Origin: a virus | Virus record (IMG/VR): IMGVR_UViG_3300026519_000001 | Coordinates: 1-64,000 of that record | Reading direction: 5' to 3' (one strand) | DNA length: 64,000 nt | Shown here: piece after piece, positions 1 through 8,088 of the stretch | How the letters are laid out: each line of letters opens with the position of its first letter | Position numbering within the stretch: the stretch's first letter is position 1 | Position numbers and translations under genes: made by a program | Notes under the pieces: model-generated | What the model saw: the letters and a program-made list of their open reading frames with translations, nothing else | Database searches by the model: none | What the model was told of the DNA's origin: nothing

Positions 1-564
1 TCAACAAAGGGCATCAAAGAAACGACAAGTAGCAATCAAAAATACATCTATGGTGGTGTATATCATGATGTTGTTATAAGTAATGTCGCAGCTGGACTTA
101 GTAGTCAAAAACAAACTCCTTATGTAGTTATTGAAATGTATACAGCAGAGGGAGGAAAAGAGTCAGCAAAAGAATTTCAATTCTATTTCTCTGAAAATGC
201 AGCAGAAAAATCAATGGTGAAGATACAACATATATTTACTAAAATTGGTAAATTAGAAGATTTTGAGAATATTGTTGCAAATGATACTGTATCATTTGCA
301 GCTGCAATTAAGCCATTAATTATTAATGGACATCTTAGAATGAAATTTACTGCTGAACAATATGAGAATACAGCAGGAGAGGTTAAAGATGTAGCTCGTA
401 TTGGATTACCTCCATTTGCAGAAGCAATTGCACCAGGGTCATCTAATGAGGTGGTAGCTGATGCTGACACTGCGTTAGTATATGATAAAAACAATCAATG
501 GGATTATAAAAAATTAGCTGTTAATCCAGATATTAATAGTTCAAATAATGACGCTCCATTTTAA
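1..564 (+). CDS. Probable single-stranded DNA-binding protein (5'-truncated by the window edge)
   Basis: Frame is open from base 1 (STKGIKETT...PYVVIEMYT...). Acidic-aromatic C-terminal tail NNDAPF is typical of SSBs. Lies directly upstream of primase. Confidence 0.6.
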   Translation, partial: STKGIKETTSSNQKYIYGGVYHDVVISNVAAGLSSQKQTPYVVIEMYTAEGGKESAKEFQFYFSENAAEKSMVKIQHIFTKIGKLEDFENIVANDTVSFAAAIKPLIINGHLRMKFTAEQYENTAGEVKDVARIGLPPFAEAIAPGSSNEVVADADTALVYDKNNQWDYKKLAVNPDINSSNNDAPF

Positions 565-589
565 GATGTTTTAGTTTAATTAGTGTTTT

Positions 590-623
590 AAGGGCTTGTA
601 GTATTTACTACTTGCCCTTTTTT
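590..623 (+). terminator. Intrinsic terminator
   Basis: AAGGGC-TT-GTAGTA / TACTAC-TT-GCCCTT hairpin followed by a T run, just after the SSB stop. Confidence 0.6.
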
Positions 624-651
624 ATTTAAAAATCATTAAAATTTAAAAAAT

Positions 652-1653
652 ATGTCATTATTTAATACTATAGGACTAAAAGAAGAAGTTTTAATAAAAG
701 AAAATATACTTAAATATATATCTGAATATGATGTTTATAATTATTATTTGCCTGGTATTAAAATAGGAAAAGTATATAAATCTCCTTTTAGATCTGATAA
801 ACAAGCTTCATTTGGCATTTTTATTGGTTTTGATGGAGAGCTTGCTTTTAATGATTATAGACTAGGTGGTGGAGACTTTATTAAATTTGTGACTTGGATA
901 GAGCAATGTAGTTATATTGATGCATTAAATCATATTAATAATATTTTTGATTTAAAATTTCTTCCTAGAGGAGGAGTAAATAGAATATATATAAAACCTG
1001 CATTAATAAGTAAATACAAACCTAAAGCTAAACACAAACCTAAAATTTATATTAAATCTAGAGAATGGAATAGTATTGATGCTGAATATTGGTATCCTTT
1101 AATTGAAAGTGATGTAAAACCTGCCAATCCAATTAAATACTTTTGGATTGATAAGCAATTATTTGGAACAGCACCTTTAGCATATTCTTATAAATATGGG
1201 AAAAATGTTTATAAAATATACCAGCCCACTAAAGATAGAAAAGAAGGTAAATGGTGGTCTAATATTTCTGCTAGCACTCCTTGGTTCGGACATAATAATC
1301 TACCCGATACAGGTGATTATTTATTTGTAGCATCATCTAATAAAGATGCACTGGTCTTAATAGCCTTGGGTTATAATGCTATTGCTCCCCATAGTGAGTC
1401 ACAAACATTTACCCCTGAACAACATGCGGAATATAGCTTTAGATTTAAAAACATTGTTGTGTTTTTTGATAATGATACAACAGGTATTTTAAAAGCATAT
1501 AGATTTAATGATTTATATGGTACAACTTCTTTGTTTCTTGAAGAAAAAGATACTAAAGATCCATTCGAGTTTATTAAAAAATATACATTATTAGATTTAC
1601 GAGATTATATAGAACAAGAATTAAAAATAGAAGAGAAGAGAAAAATTTTATAA
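652..1653 (+). CDS. DNA primase (DnaG-like TOPRIM, crAss type)
   Basis: N-terminal SPFRSDKQASF (Zn-finger-like region); TOPRIM motifs SSNKD, FFDNDTTG and KDPFEF. Confidence 0.85.
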   Translation: MSLFNTIGLKEEVLIKENILKYISEYDVYNYYLPGIKIGKVYKSPFRSDKQASFGIFIGFDGELAFNDYRLGGGDFIKFVTWIEQCSYIDALNHINNIFDLKFLPRGGVNRIYIKPALISKYKPKAKHKPKIYIKSREWNSIDAEYWYPLIESDVKPANPIKYFWIDKQLFGTAPLAYSYKYGKNVYKIYQPTKDRKEGKWWSNISASTPWFGHNNLPDTGDYLFVASSNKDALVLIALGYNAIAPHSESQTFTPEQHAEYSFRFKNIVVFFDNDTTGILKAYRFNDLYGTTSLFLEEKDTKDPFEFIKKYTLLDLRDYIEQELKIEEKRKIL

Positions 1654-1682
1654 AATATACAATTAATTAAAAAAATAATAAA

Positions 1683-1877
1683 ATGAAAAATTTAGATGAA
1701 AAAGTTAAAAATTATTTAGAATTGAGATTCGAAAAAGTAAGACACACAGATAAAGGATTTAGAATTAATATTAACGAACTCAATAAAAGAGATCTTAATA
1801 TTTTAACAGAAATAGAGTGCAATAATGAAATTTTAATAAAAAGATCTGGCACAGGATTAGTTATAATTATAGAATAA
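1683..1877 (+). CDS. Hypothetical protein
   Basis: ORF with A-rich leader, same strand as neighbours. Confidence 0.6.
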   Translation: MKNLDEKVKNYLELRFEKVRHTDKGFRININELNKRDLNILTEIECNNEILIKRSGTGLVIIIE

Positions 1878-1947
1878 TTTAATTAAAAAAACAAAAATAA
1901 TTAAAAGGTAATTATTCAAAATAAATAATAACTTTAATAATAAAATT

Positions 1948-2217
1948 ATGACAGACAAAAAGAAACCTAAAAGAAAAGTTCTTTCTAAAAGAACACAAGC
2001 GGTAAATAAAGCTGCAAAAAAAACTGCTAAACTAATTAAAAAAGGCAAAGGGGGTTCAGCAAATGCATCAGGTGTAGGTAAAATATCTATAATGTCTAAA
2101 GTAGGACCTTCTAGCTTAACAGGAAGTAGGCAACCAGCTAATAGTCCTAAATTCACAGGAAATTCACCTGGTAGCGGAGGCAATCTTGTTAAAAAGAAAG
2201 TGAGAAAAAAAAAGTAA
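1948..2217 (+). CDS. Small Lys/Gly-rich basic protein, possibly nucleic-acid binding
   Basis: Many Lys/Arg, almost no acidic residues; stop overlaps next start (TAATG). Confidence 0.55.
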   Translation: MTDKKKPKRKVLSKRTQAVNKAAKKTAKLIKKGKGGSANASGVGKISIMSKVGPSSLTGSRQPANSPKFTGNSPGSGGNLVKKKVRKKK

Positions 2218-2423
2218 TGGATAAAATAATAAAAACAATATCAATTACTTGGAATATTACAGATGTTATTGAGAAAGCTAAGGAATTAGGATTTAATTTA
2301 ACAAATAAACAAGCATCTGAAATATTACAAATTATAAAAAATAAACATGATTGTAATGAAGGTATTAATTGGATAGTGATACAAACTCATATTGAAATGT
2401 ATATGAATAAATTAAATAAATAA
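2217..2423 (+). CDS. Hypothetical phage protein
   Basis: Translationally coupled ORF; motif HDCNEGINW. Confidence 0.65.
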   Translation: MDKIIKTISITWNITDVIEKAKELGFNLTNKQASEILQIIKNKHDCNEGINWIVIQTHIEMYMNKLNK

Positions 2424-2456
2424 TTAGTATATTTTGAACTCAATTGTGATTAATAG

Positions 2457-2497
2457 TTGAAAATTGTCTCAAATATTTACTATATTTGAGACAATTT
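2457..2497 (+). promoter_or_regulatory. Bacteroidota-type promoter overlapping a perfect 16-bp inverted repeat
   Basis: TTG (2457) + 21 nt + TATATTTG (2481-2488) matches the -33 TTG / -7 TAnnTTTG consensus. AAATTGTCTCAAATAT (2461-2476) pairs with ATATTTGAGACAATTT (2482-2497). Confidence 0.6.
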
Positions 2498-2514
2498 TTT
2501 TTTAATAAAAAAAT

Positions 2515-2943
2515 ATGAAAGATAGAAACATCCAACATAAAGACGATTGGGCGACACCAGCATATTTTTATGATGAATTAAACAAAGAGTTTGATTTTAA
2601 CTTTGATCCTTGCCCGTATCTGCACGATTTTAGTAAATGGAACGGACTTGAAATTGAATGGAAGGAGCGAAATTTTATTAACCCACCTTATAGCAGAAAA
2701 CTGAAAGCCGCATTTGTAATTAAGGCAATAGAAGAAAGTAAAAAAGGTAAATTATGTGTAATGCTTTTGCCTGTGAGTACAAGCACTCAATTATTCCACA
2801 AACACATATTGCCGAATGCAAAAGAAATACGATTTATAGAAAAAAGAATAAAATTTTGCGGTGTAAATACAAAAGGAGAATATGTTACAGGCAAATCAGG
2901 CATGCACGATAGTATGTTGGTGGTGTTTGATGGACGCACTTAG
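2515..2943 (+). CDS. Phage DNA N6-adenine methyltransferase (Dam-like)
   Basis: DDWATP, FDPCP and catalytic FINPPYS motifs; VMLLP; EIRFI. Confidence 0.85.
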   Translation: MKDRNIQHKDDWATPAYFYDELNKEFDFNFDPCPYLHDFSKWNGLEIEWKERNFINPPYSRKLKAAFVIKAIEESKKGKLCVMLLPVSTSTQLFHKHILPNAKEIRFIEKRIKFCGVNTKGEYVTGKSGMHDSMLVVFDGRT

Positions 2944-2956
2944 CATTTTTTATTGT

Positions 2957-3316
2957 GCACAACGAATAGCATAAGCGTAGTGCGACTTTAGAAACGAAAT
3001 TTCAAAATAATAACAGAACTAATAATTAAAGATTATGGATAACGAAATTAAAATTGAAGCAAAAGAATTAGTGAATAAAATATACCAACCTCTTGGATCT
3101 TTAGATTGTAAAGTAAATAGTGATACAATGTGGGAATATGCACAAGGCAGAACGATTGAAATTGTGGAACATTTTATTGCGAAAATGCCAGAGGGTTCTG
3201 CAAATTGGTTGCATCATAGAAAGTTGATAGACGCTATTAATAATCTTTAATTATGGCATTTGAAACACTAAACTTGATTTTAAGCACTGTATTAAGCATT
3301 ACGCTTATGCAGTGTT
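2957..3316 (+). repeat. Hairpin site with a gene in its loop
   Basis: AAC 2961-2963; arms GCATAAGCGTAGTGC / GCATTACGCTTATGC; GTT 3314. Confidence 0.8.
3035..3250 (+). CDS. Hypothetical protein nested in a hairpin-site loop
   Basis: 71-aa ORF between the two arms. Confidence 0.65.
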   Translation: MDNEIKIEAKELVNKIYQPLGSLDCKVNSDTMWEYAQGRTIEIVEHFIAKMPEGSANWLHHRKLIDAINNL

Positions 3317-3342
3317 GTAAAATCGTTTTAATGTTTTACAAC
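3314..3342 (+). repeat. Empty cassette, copy 1
   Basis: GTTGTAAAATCGTTTTAATGTTTTACAAC, identical to 6026-6054. Confidence 0.85.
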
Positions 3343-3463
3343 GATTTGTATATGTGGTGTTGCGTGATTTAGCACCGAACTATTAAGAAATACTTAAACG
3401 TTCAAATTAAGCACGAAAATTAATAAATAAACAATAACCAAGCAATAACATATATACCGTGTT
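3340..3463 (+). repeat. Hairpin site (118-nt class)
   Basis: Arms GTATATGTGGTGTTGC / GCAATAACATATATAC. Confidence 0.75.
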
Positions 3464-3485
3464 ATATGCTTTTAAAAATAACAAA

Positions 3486-3752
3486 ATGTTAAGAAAATTA
3501 TTTAATAAAATAATACCCGTATCTGATGGAATTAAAAAATTAGGACAGCAAATGATTGACAATCCTTTAGACTGGGTTCAAGGGCAATATGAGTTTGTAA
3601 ATCGCAAAAATAGGGATGTTGCAATATGGACTTGCAATGGAATTAATTCGATTAAAATATTTGGATTTGATGGATTAACTAAAAGCGAAAAAATATATAT
3701 AAACAACTGTATAAAGATGGCAATTGCAAATAGATTAGTTCAGTCTCTATAA
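3486..3752 (+). CDS. Cassette-borne hypothetical protein (cassette 3461-3763)
   Basis: Flanked by GTTATATGC / GCATATAAC; ATG at 3486 preferred over GTG at 3459. Confidence 0.7.
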   Translation: MLRKLFNKIIPVSDGIKKLGQQMIDNPLDWVQGQYEFVNRKNRDVAIWTCNGINSIKIFGFDGLTKSEKIYINNCIKMAIANRLVQSL

Positions 3753-3760
3753 TTGCATAT

Positions 3761-3884
3761 AACGATTTTAATAAGAATAGTAGCCGAAAATGAAACGCAA
3801 AACTTATAAAATTGAACAGAATTATAAACATAGATAATAGCTTAAATAAACAGCTTAACTCGGCTATTATTTTTATTTTTTGTT
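3761..3884 (+). repeat. Hairpin site (118-nt class)
   Basis: Arms AATAAGAATAGTAGCCG / CGGCTATTATTTTTATT. Confidence 0.8.
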
Positions 3885-3898
3885 AGGCACTTTAATTT

Positions 3899-4210
3899 AT
3901 GGATAATAGAAAATGGCTCAAAAGAAAATACCCAAAAACATTTAATGAGATAAATAATTTTCTTGATAATGAAACTTTGATATTTGTTAAAAAAGGAAAA
4001 TATAAAATAGGTATGATAACAGAAGATATTATACAAGAGGATATTATATATTTAAAAGGAACTTTATGTTATTTTAAACGAAGTAATCCTATAAATAGTT
4101 ATAATTATCCGTTGCATACAATTTCTGTAAAAGATATACATAATGTAACGCTTAGTAATTATCATAATTTTTGGGTAACACCCAATAATGTAATTGAAAT
4201 TTTTGAATGA
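3899..4210 (+). CDS. Cassette-borne hypothetical protein (cassette 3882-4223)
   Basis: Flanked by GTTAGGCAC / GTGCCTAAC. Confidence 0.7.
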   Translation: MDNRKWLKRKYPKTFNEINNFLDNETLIFVKKGKYKIGMITEDIIQEDIIYLKGTLCYFKRSNPINSYNYPLHTISVKDIHNVTLSNYHNFWVTPNNVIEIFE

Positions 4211-4220
4211 TATTGTGCCT

Positions 4221-4309
4221 AACGTTGAATCTATGTGTAGTACAGCCATACATATAGTTTCATCGTTTAATAAAAATGTTAATTGGCTGTATTACATATA
4301 GATAGTGTT
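4221..4309 (+). repeat. Hairpin site (80-nt class)
   Basis: Arms ATCTATGTGTAGTACAGCCA / TGGCTGTATTACATATAGAT. Confidence 0.85.
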
Positions 4310-4325
4310 ATGTGGCGTTTTATTT

Positions 4326-4550
4326 ATGGAACAAAGAAATATTAATAATGTTATTTGGTTTTATTACGACAGTGTAATGGAATTTTTGCAAGATTTAATA
4401 GAATATGAATGCGAAATATTTAGAGATGAATATGGTCGTAGGTGGCAATATAAGAAGTACAAATTTTATTTTGCTGATATAAATGAAGAATTAACGGAAG
4501 GACTTTCGTGTTTGCACTTGTTTAAATCAGGAATTACAAATGCCACCTAA
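4326..4550 (+). CDS. Cassette-borne hypothetical protein (cassette 4307-4551)
   Basis: Flanked by GTTATGTGGCGTTT / AAATGCCACCTAAC; stop codon lies inside the AAC end. Confidence 0.7.
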   Translation: MEQRNINNVIWFYYDSVMEFLQDLIEYECEIFRDEYGRRWQYKKYKFYFADINEELTEGLSCLHLFKSGITNAT

Positions 4551-4572
4551 CAACAGGATAACAGCAATTGCG
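4546..4572 (+). repeat. 27-bp direct repeat, copy 1
   Basis: CCTAACAACAGGATAACAGCAATTGCG, identical at 11312-11338. Confidence 0.9.
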
Positions 4573-4663
4573 TATATATTATAAACGAATATTAATTTTA
4601 CTAACATTAGGTAATATTAATTATTTGTTGTTACTTTGAATTAACAAAAAAAAGAGAGCAATT

Positions 4664-4930
4664 ATGATAAATAGAACTATTGAAATTGAAGATTTAGACA
4701 AAGAGCTGTCTATTACAGTAAAAATTAACTTTTCGGGAGACTGGGAAGAACATTTTGAACATGAAGGAAAAATTGAATATCAGCCAAAATTTAATGAAAT
4801 ACTTAGGGTTGTTGATATTAGTGATAACCCGAAGCATAGTCATAGCATTTTGGAAATTGCCGATGAGCATTACGAAATTGCCAATAAATATTTAGAAAAT
4901 CACGATGTGATGGAGGAGCTAAACCACTAA
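4664..4930 (+). CDS. Hypothetical protein
   Basis: 88-aa acidic ORF. Confidence 0.65.
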   Translation: MINRTIEIEDLDKELSITVKINFSGDWEEHFEHEGKIEYQPKFNEILRVVDISDNPKHSHSILEIADEHYEIANKYLENHDVMEELNH

Positions 4931-4933
4931 ATT

Positions 4934-5155
4934 ATGAAAAATATAATAATTTTAATGATTATTGCAGCAACATTAAGCTGCTCTAAAAAAGAAGAAATTA
5001 ATTGCAAGTGTGATTTTATTTCTTATGAAAGAGAAAATAGGGACTCGGAGTAGGTTGAGAAAAGCAGAATAAGCAGAATAACAGAGTGCGGTAAGCCACC
5101 ATTCTTTATTATTAGCAACACAGAATTATCTAAAGATGTAATTTCTTGCAATTAG
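4934..5155 (+). pseudogene. Small Cys-rich lipoprotein interrupted by an in-frame TAG
   Basis: MKNIIILMIIAATLSC (lipobox) SKKEEINCKC...DSE*VEKSR...ISCN*. TAG at 5051-5053; the frame stays open to 5155 and the next ATG is at 5158. Confidence 0.55.
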
Positions 5156-5157
5156 TT

Positions 5158-5361
5158 ATGGAAAAGTCAGAAAATAAATTAAAAGAGCAACAACTTAGGG
5201 CAGAAATTAGAATTATGCTATCAAAGTATATAGACAACTCACCGTCAATATCTTTAATAGAAAATAAGATAAGAGACCTTGAGCTGCTTGTTTTTAATCG
5301 TGCTTATAAACAAGTATCACAACGATTTGTATATGATTTTGTAGGCATTACGAGCCACTAA
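5158..5361 (+). CDS. Hypothetical protein whose 3' end runs into a hairpin left arm
   Basis: ATG at 5158; AAC at 5321-5323 lies inside the ORF. Confidence 0.55.
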   Translation: MEKSENKLKEQQLRAEIRIMLSKYIDNSPSISLIENKIRDLELLVFNRAYKQVSQRFVYDFVGITSH

Positions 5362-5443
5362 TTTTTTGAATTACCTACATATTTGAAACGAGAAAATAAA
5401 TTTGAATTATTAACCAAATCGCCTATAAATTATATACTTTGTT
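5321..5443 (+). repeat. Hairpin site (118-nt class)
   Basis: Arms GTATATGATTTTGTAGGC / GCCTATAAATTATATAC. Confidence 0.75.
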
Positions 5444-5473
5444 ATATATCTGGGCGGTTTTAAAGACTAAATT

Positions 5474-5686
5474 ATGATAGAAGAGTTAGAGAAAACAACA
5501 GACTACGCTAAGAAGTACAGAGGTGTAGCACAGCAATCACTTGAAAGAAACAATTATATGAACCAAATAGAAGATGGGGAGCAAATACAGCAAAGGATTA
5601 TAGATGCTGTGCTGGTTGACTTTATAAACTACATTGGAATGATGCACGGAATTGATTATGGAATTTATACAAAAGACTTAATGTAG
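5474..5686 (+). CDS. Cassette-borne hypothetical protein (cassette 5441-5699)
   Basis: Flanked by GTTATAT / ATATAAC. Confidence 0.7.
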   Translation: MIEELEKTTDYAKKYRGVAQQSLERNNYMNQIEDGEQIQQRIIDAVLVDFINYIGMMHGIDYGIYTKDLM

Positions 5687-5696
5687 CCTTGCATAT

Positions 5697-6028
5697 AACT
5701 ATTGCTATATGAATAGTGCGGATAAAATACACGAAACTTTGAATTAAACACAAACCTAATAATTAAAATTATGTACTTAATAAAAATAAAAACTCATAAC
5801 AATCACGGATGCTGGTTAAGGTCTTTTTACGATGGCGACCCTGATAGAACATTGATAAGAGAAAGTGCTTTGAAGTTTGCAAAGAAAAAGATGGCAGAAG
5901 GTAAAGTAAAAATGCTTAACCAACTACACCCTAATAGAAGTTTTGAATTAGAGAAATTTTAATTATGACATTTGAAACACTAAACGTTAATTACAGCACG
6001 AAACCAAGCATTATTTATATAGCGTGTT
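5697..6028 (+). repeat. Hairpin site with a gene in its loop
   Basis: Arms GCTATATGAATAGTGC / GCATTATTTATATAGC. Confidence 0.8.
5771..5962 (+). CDS. Hypothetical protein nested in a hairpin-site loop
   Basis: 63-aa ORF between the arms; motif GDPDRTL. Confidence 0.65.
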   Translation: MYLIKIKTHNNHGCWLRSFYDGDPDRTLIRESALKFAKKKMAEGKVKMLNQLHPNRSFELEKF

Positions 6029-6054
6029 GTAAAATCGTTTTAATGTTTTACAAC
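6026..6054 (+). repeat. Empty cassette, copy 2
   Basis: Identical to 3314-3342. Confidence 0.85.
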
Positions 6055-6137
6055 GGTTGGTATATGTGTTGTACGCCAATCACTTAACTTAAATTTTAGT
6101 ACGACACTTAATAGGCGTATAACATATATACCTTGTT
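6052..6137 (+). repeat. Hairpin site (80-nt class)
   Basis: Arms GGTATATGTGTTGTACGCC / GGCGTATAACATATATACC. Confidence 0.85.
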
Positions 6138-6168
6138 GTGTGTAGTACGGGTAAATAAAGAAGAAATT

Positions 6169-6363
6169 ATGAAGAAATATTTTAGAAAAGACAAACCAAA
6201 TAAAGACCAAATAATTGGGTTTAAATCGAAAAAAGGATTTTATCCTGAGATTGGTGTATTCCAAACATTTGATAATGGCATTGAAGAAGTTTATATACCT
6301 GCAAATGATGATGTAGAGAAGTTATTAGAAATTGAATATTGGTTTGAAGTACCTAAAAAGTAG
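6169..6363 (+). CDS. Cassette-borne hypothetical protein (cassette 6135-6376)
   Basis: Flanked by GTTGTGTGTAGTAC / GTATTACGCACAAC. Confidence 0.7.
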   Translation: MKKYFRKDKPNKDQIIGFKSKKGFYPEIGVFQTFDNGIEEVYIPANDDVEKLLEIEYWFEVPKK

Positions 6364-6373
6364 TATTACGCAC

Positions 6374-6498
6374 AACGAGTTACTTGTATGAGTAGTAGCC
6401 GTAAATAAGCACAGAATTGAGTAGATACAAAATAAATTAATAACAAGGTAATAGTTTATAAATACAGCCTAACACGGCTATTACTTATACAAATTGTT
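6374..6498 (+). repeat. Hairpin site (118-nt class)
   Basis: Arms TTGTATGAGTAGTAGCCGT / ACGGCTATTACTTATACAA. Confidence 0.85.
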
Positions 6499-6511
6499 AG
6501 GCAACGTTATT

Positions 6512-6736
6512 ATGAGTGAAAGTAAATTAAGAATATTCGGTGGAAAAGATGATGTTAGTTTTTGGAGTGATAAGCCTATGCGAAGAGGTAATCCAAACTT
6601 TAAAGAGAAATGGTATCATATACATTGGTATAATATTCTGTATCATCCAAAACATAAATCGACTGATGGTTCTATTGTAGAAGAAATGACAAATATAAAT
6701 CTATATAAATGTAGATGTGGTAAATGTAAGCAGTAG
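6512..6736 (+). CDS. Cassette-borne small protein, possibly Zn-binding (cassette 6496-6752)
   Basis: Flanked by GTTAGGCAACGTTA / TAATGTTGCCTAAC; HIH...CRCGKC. Confidence 0.7.
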   Translation: MSESKLRIFGGKDDVSFWSDKPMRRGNPNFKEKWYHIHWYNILYHPKHKSTDGSIVEEMTNINLYKCRCGKCKQ

Positions 6737-6749
6737 GCTAATGTTGCCT

Positions 6750-6871
6750 AACGGTTTGGCTATGTGTAGTGCCGACCTTGATAAATAACTACACTAACTT
6801 AAAACACTGAAACAATGGATAAAGAACATATTAAACAAGAAGAAAACAAGGCATTACATATAGGTGTTGTT
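6750..6871 (+). repeat. Hairpin site (118-nt class) with an ORF start in its loop
   Basis: Arms CTATGTGTAGTGCC / GGCATTACATATAG. Confidence 0.8.
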
Positions 6872-7015
6872 GTGTGTGGTTCTTGCGGTAAAGACATAAA
6901 GCCCGAAGATGATAAGCATTGTTTTTGGGATGAAGATATTGAAGATGGTATAAAGCCCGAATGTTTAGATTGTCATTTGGACAGAGAATCTATTATTAGA
7001 GACTTTGGTTTTTGA
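6815..7015 (+). CDS. Junction-spanning protein with CxxC...CxxC Zn-ribbon motif
   Basis: Starts in the loop and crosses GTT 6869 in frame into cassette 6869-7027 (GTTGTGTGTGGTTC / GAATTACACACAAC). Confidence 0.65.
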   Translation: MDKEHIKQEENKALHIGVVVCGSCGKDIKPEDDKHCFWDEDIEDGIKPECLDCHLDRESIIRDFGF

Positions 7016-7024
7016 ATTACACAC

Positions 7025-7147
7025 AACGTTACCGTGTATGGTTTCGTTGCGTGTAAATAAGAAAAAACATTGATTAAACAATAAATAAAATAAATACTAA
7101 CAAGCCTTTGGAATAGCAGTTAGAAGCAATGAATTATACACATTGTT
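7025..7147 (+). repeat. Hairpin site (118-nt class)
   Basis: Arms GTGTATGGTTTCGTTGC / GCAATGAATTATACAC. Confidence 0.75.
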
Positions 7148-7196
7148 ACCTACTGTACGAGTAAAAAGGCACAAACTTTAATAAAAAACAGAAATT

Positions 7197-7589
7197 ATGG
7201 GAATGTACACGGAACTAATATTTGGTGCTGATTTAAAACAAGACACACCAAAAAACGTAATTGAAGCCTTAAAATATATGATAGGCGATACAGAAGAAAA
7301 GCCTAATGACTTTCCTTTACCTGATGGTAGATGTGAATGGTTATTTAATAGTGCTAGTTATTACTTTGGTGTAAATAGACCAGTAAATAAAATGTGGTTT
7401 GATCATATTGATAATAATTGGGTTTTAAGCACCCGAAGCAATATAAAAAACTATGAAGGCGAAATTGAGGCTTTTTTGGAATGGATAAAACCATACATTG
7501 ATGGTGGTAGTGGTTATCGTGATATGTATGCAATAGTTACTTATGAAGAAGCAGAAGTGCCAAATATTTATTACTTGCGCGAAGATTAG
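7197..7589 (+). CDS. Cassette-borne hypothetical phage protein (cassette 7145-7602)
   Basis: Flanked by GTTACCTAC / GTAGGTAAC; MGMYTEL...IKNYEGEIEAFLEWI. Confidence 0.75.
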   Translation: MGMYTELIFGADLKQDTPKNVIEALKYMIGDTEEKPNDFPLPDGRCEWLFNSASYYFGVNRPVNKMWFDHIDNNWVLSTRSNIKNYEGEIEAFLEWIKPYIDGGSGYRDMYAIVTYEEAEVPNIYYLRED

Positions 7590-7599
7590 TATTGTAGGT

Positions 7600-7684
7600 A
7601 ACGGTTTGTGTATGAAAAGTAGCCCATACACAGGCTTTCGGAATTATTACAAAACTTAATGGGCTATTTTTTATACACTTTGTT
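7600..7684 (+). repeat. Hairpin site (80-nt class)
   Basis: Arms GTGTATGAAAAGTAGCCCAT / ATGGGCTATTTTTTATACAC. Confidence 0.85.
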
Positions 7685-7730
7685 AGCGTTTCGTTTTTTG
7701 AGCGTTGGCAGATAAAATAAAGGAAATATT

Positions 7731-7937
7731 ATGAGTACAAAATTTGTAGATAGAAAAAACGATGAAGAAATAATTGACATCGTAAACAGTATTTTATCAA
7801 ATGGTAAAATGCAAGTAGAAACTATTAATGAAGCTATATTAGTCAAGTTAATGGAAATAAGGAATACTCCTATAAAATACGATAAATCGTTTAGGAATAT
7901 TGATAAAGATTTTAAGCGTTGGCAAAATGAACGCTAA
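7731..7937 (+). CDS. Cassette-borne hypothetical protein (cassette 7682-7938)
   Basis: Flanked by GTTAGCGTT / AACGCTAAC; stop codon inside the AAC end. Confidence 0.7.
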   Translation: MSTKFVDRKNDEEIIDIVNSILSNGKMQVETINEAILVKLMEIRNTPIKYDKSFRNIDKDFKRWQNER

Positions 7938-7997
7938 CACACGGCTAACCGGCATGCTTGATATTTGTGGATATACGGAACTTAAAAATTATCAAAA

Positions 7998-8087
7998 ATG
8001 AAGTTTATAATAATTGACATAGATGGAACTGTTTCAAAAATAGGAGACCGTCTTAAATGCTTTCAAGTAGAAGAAGGAGATTTTTAA
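7998..8087 (+). pseudogene. Internally deleted HAD 3'-phosphatase (PNK/PseT-like) remnant
   Basis: MKFIIIDIDGTVSKIGDRLKCFQVEEGDF: the N-terminal DxDGT motif is joined directly to the C-terminal CxQVxxGDF motif. Confidence 0.65.
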
Positions 8088-8088
8088 A

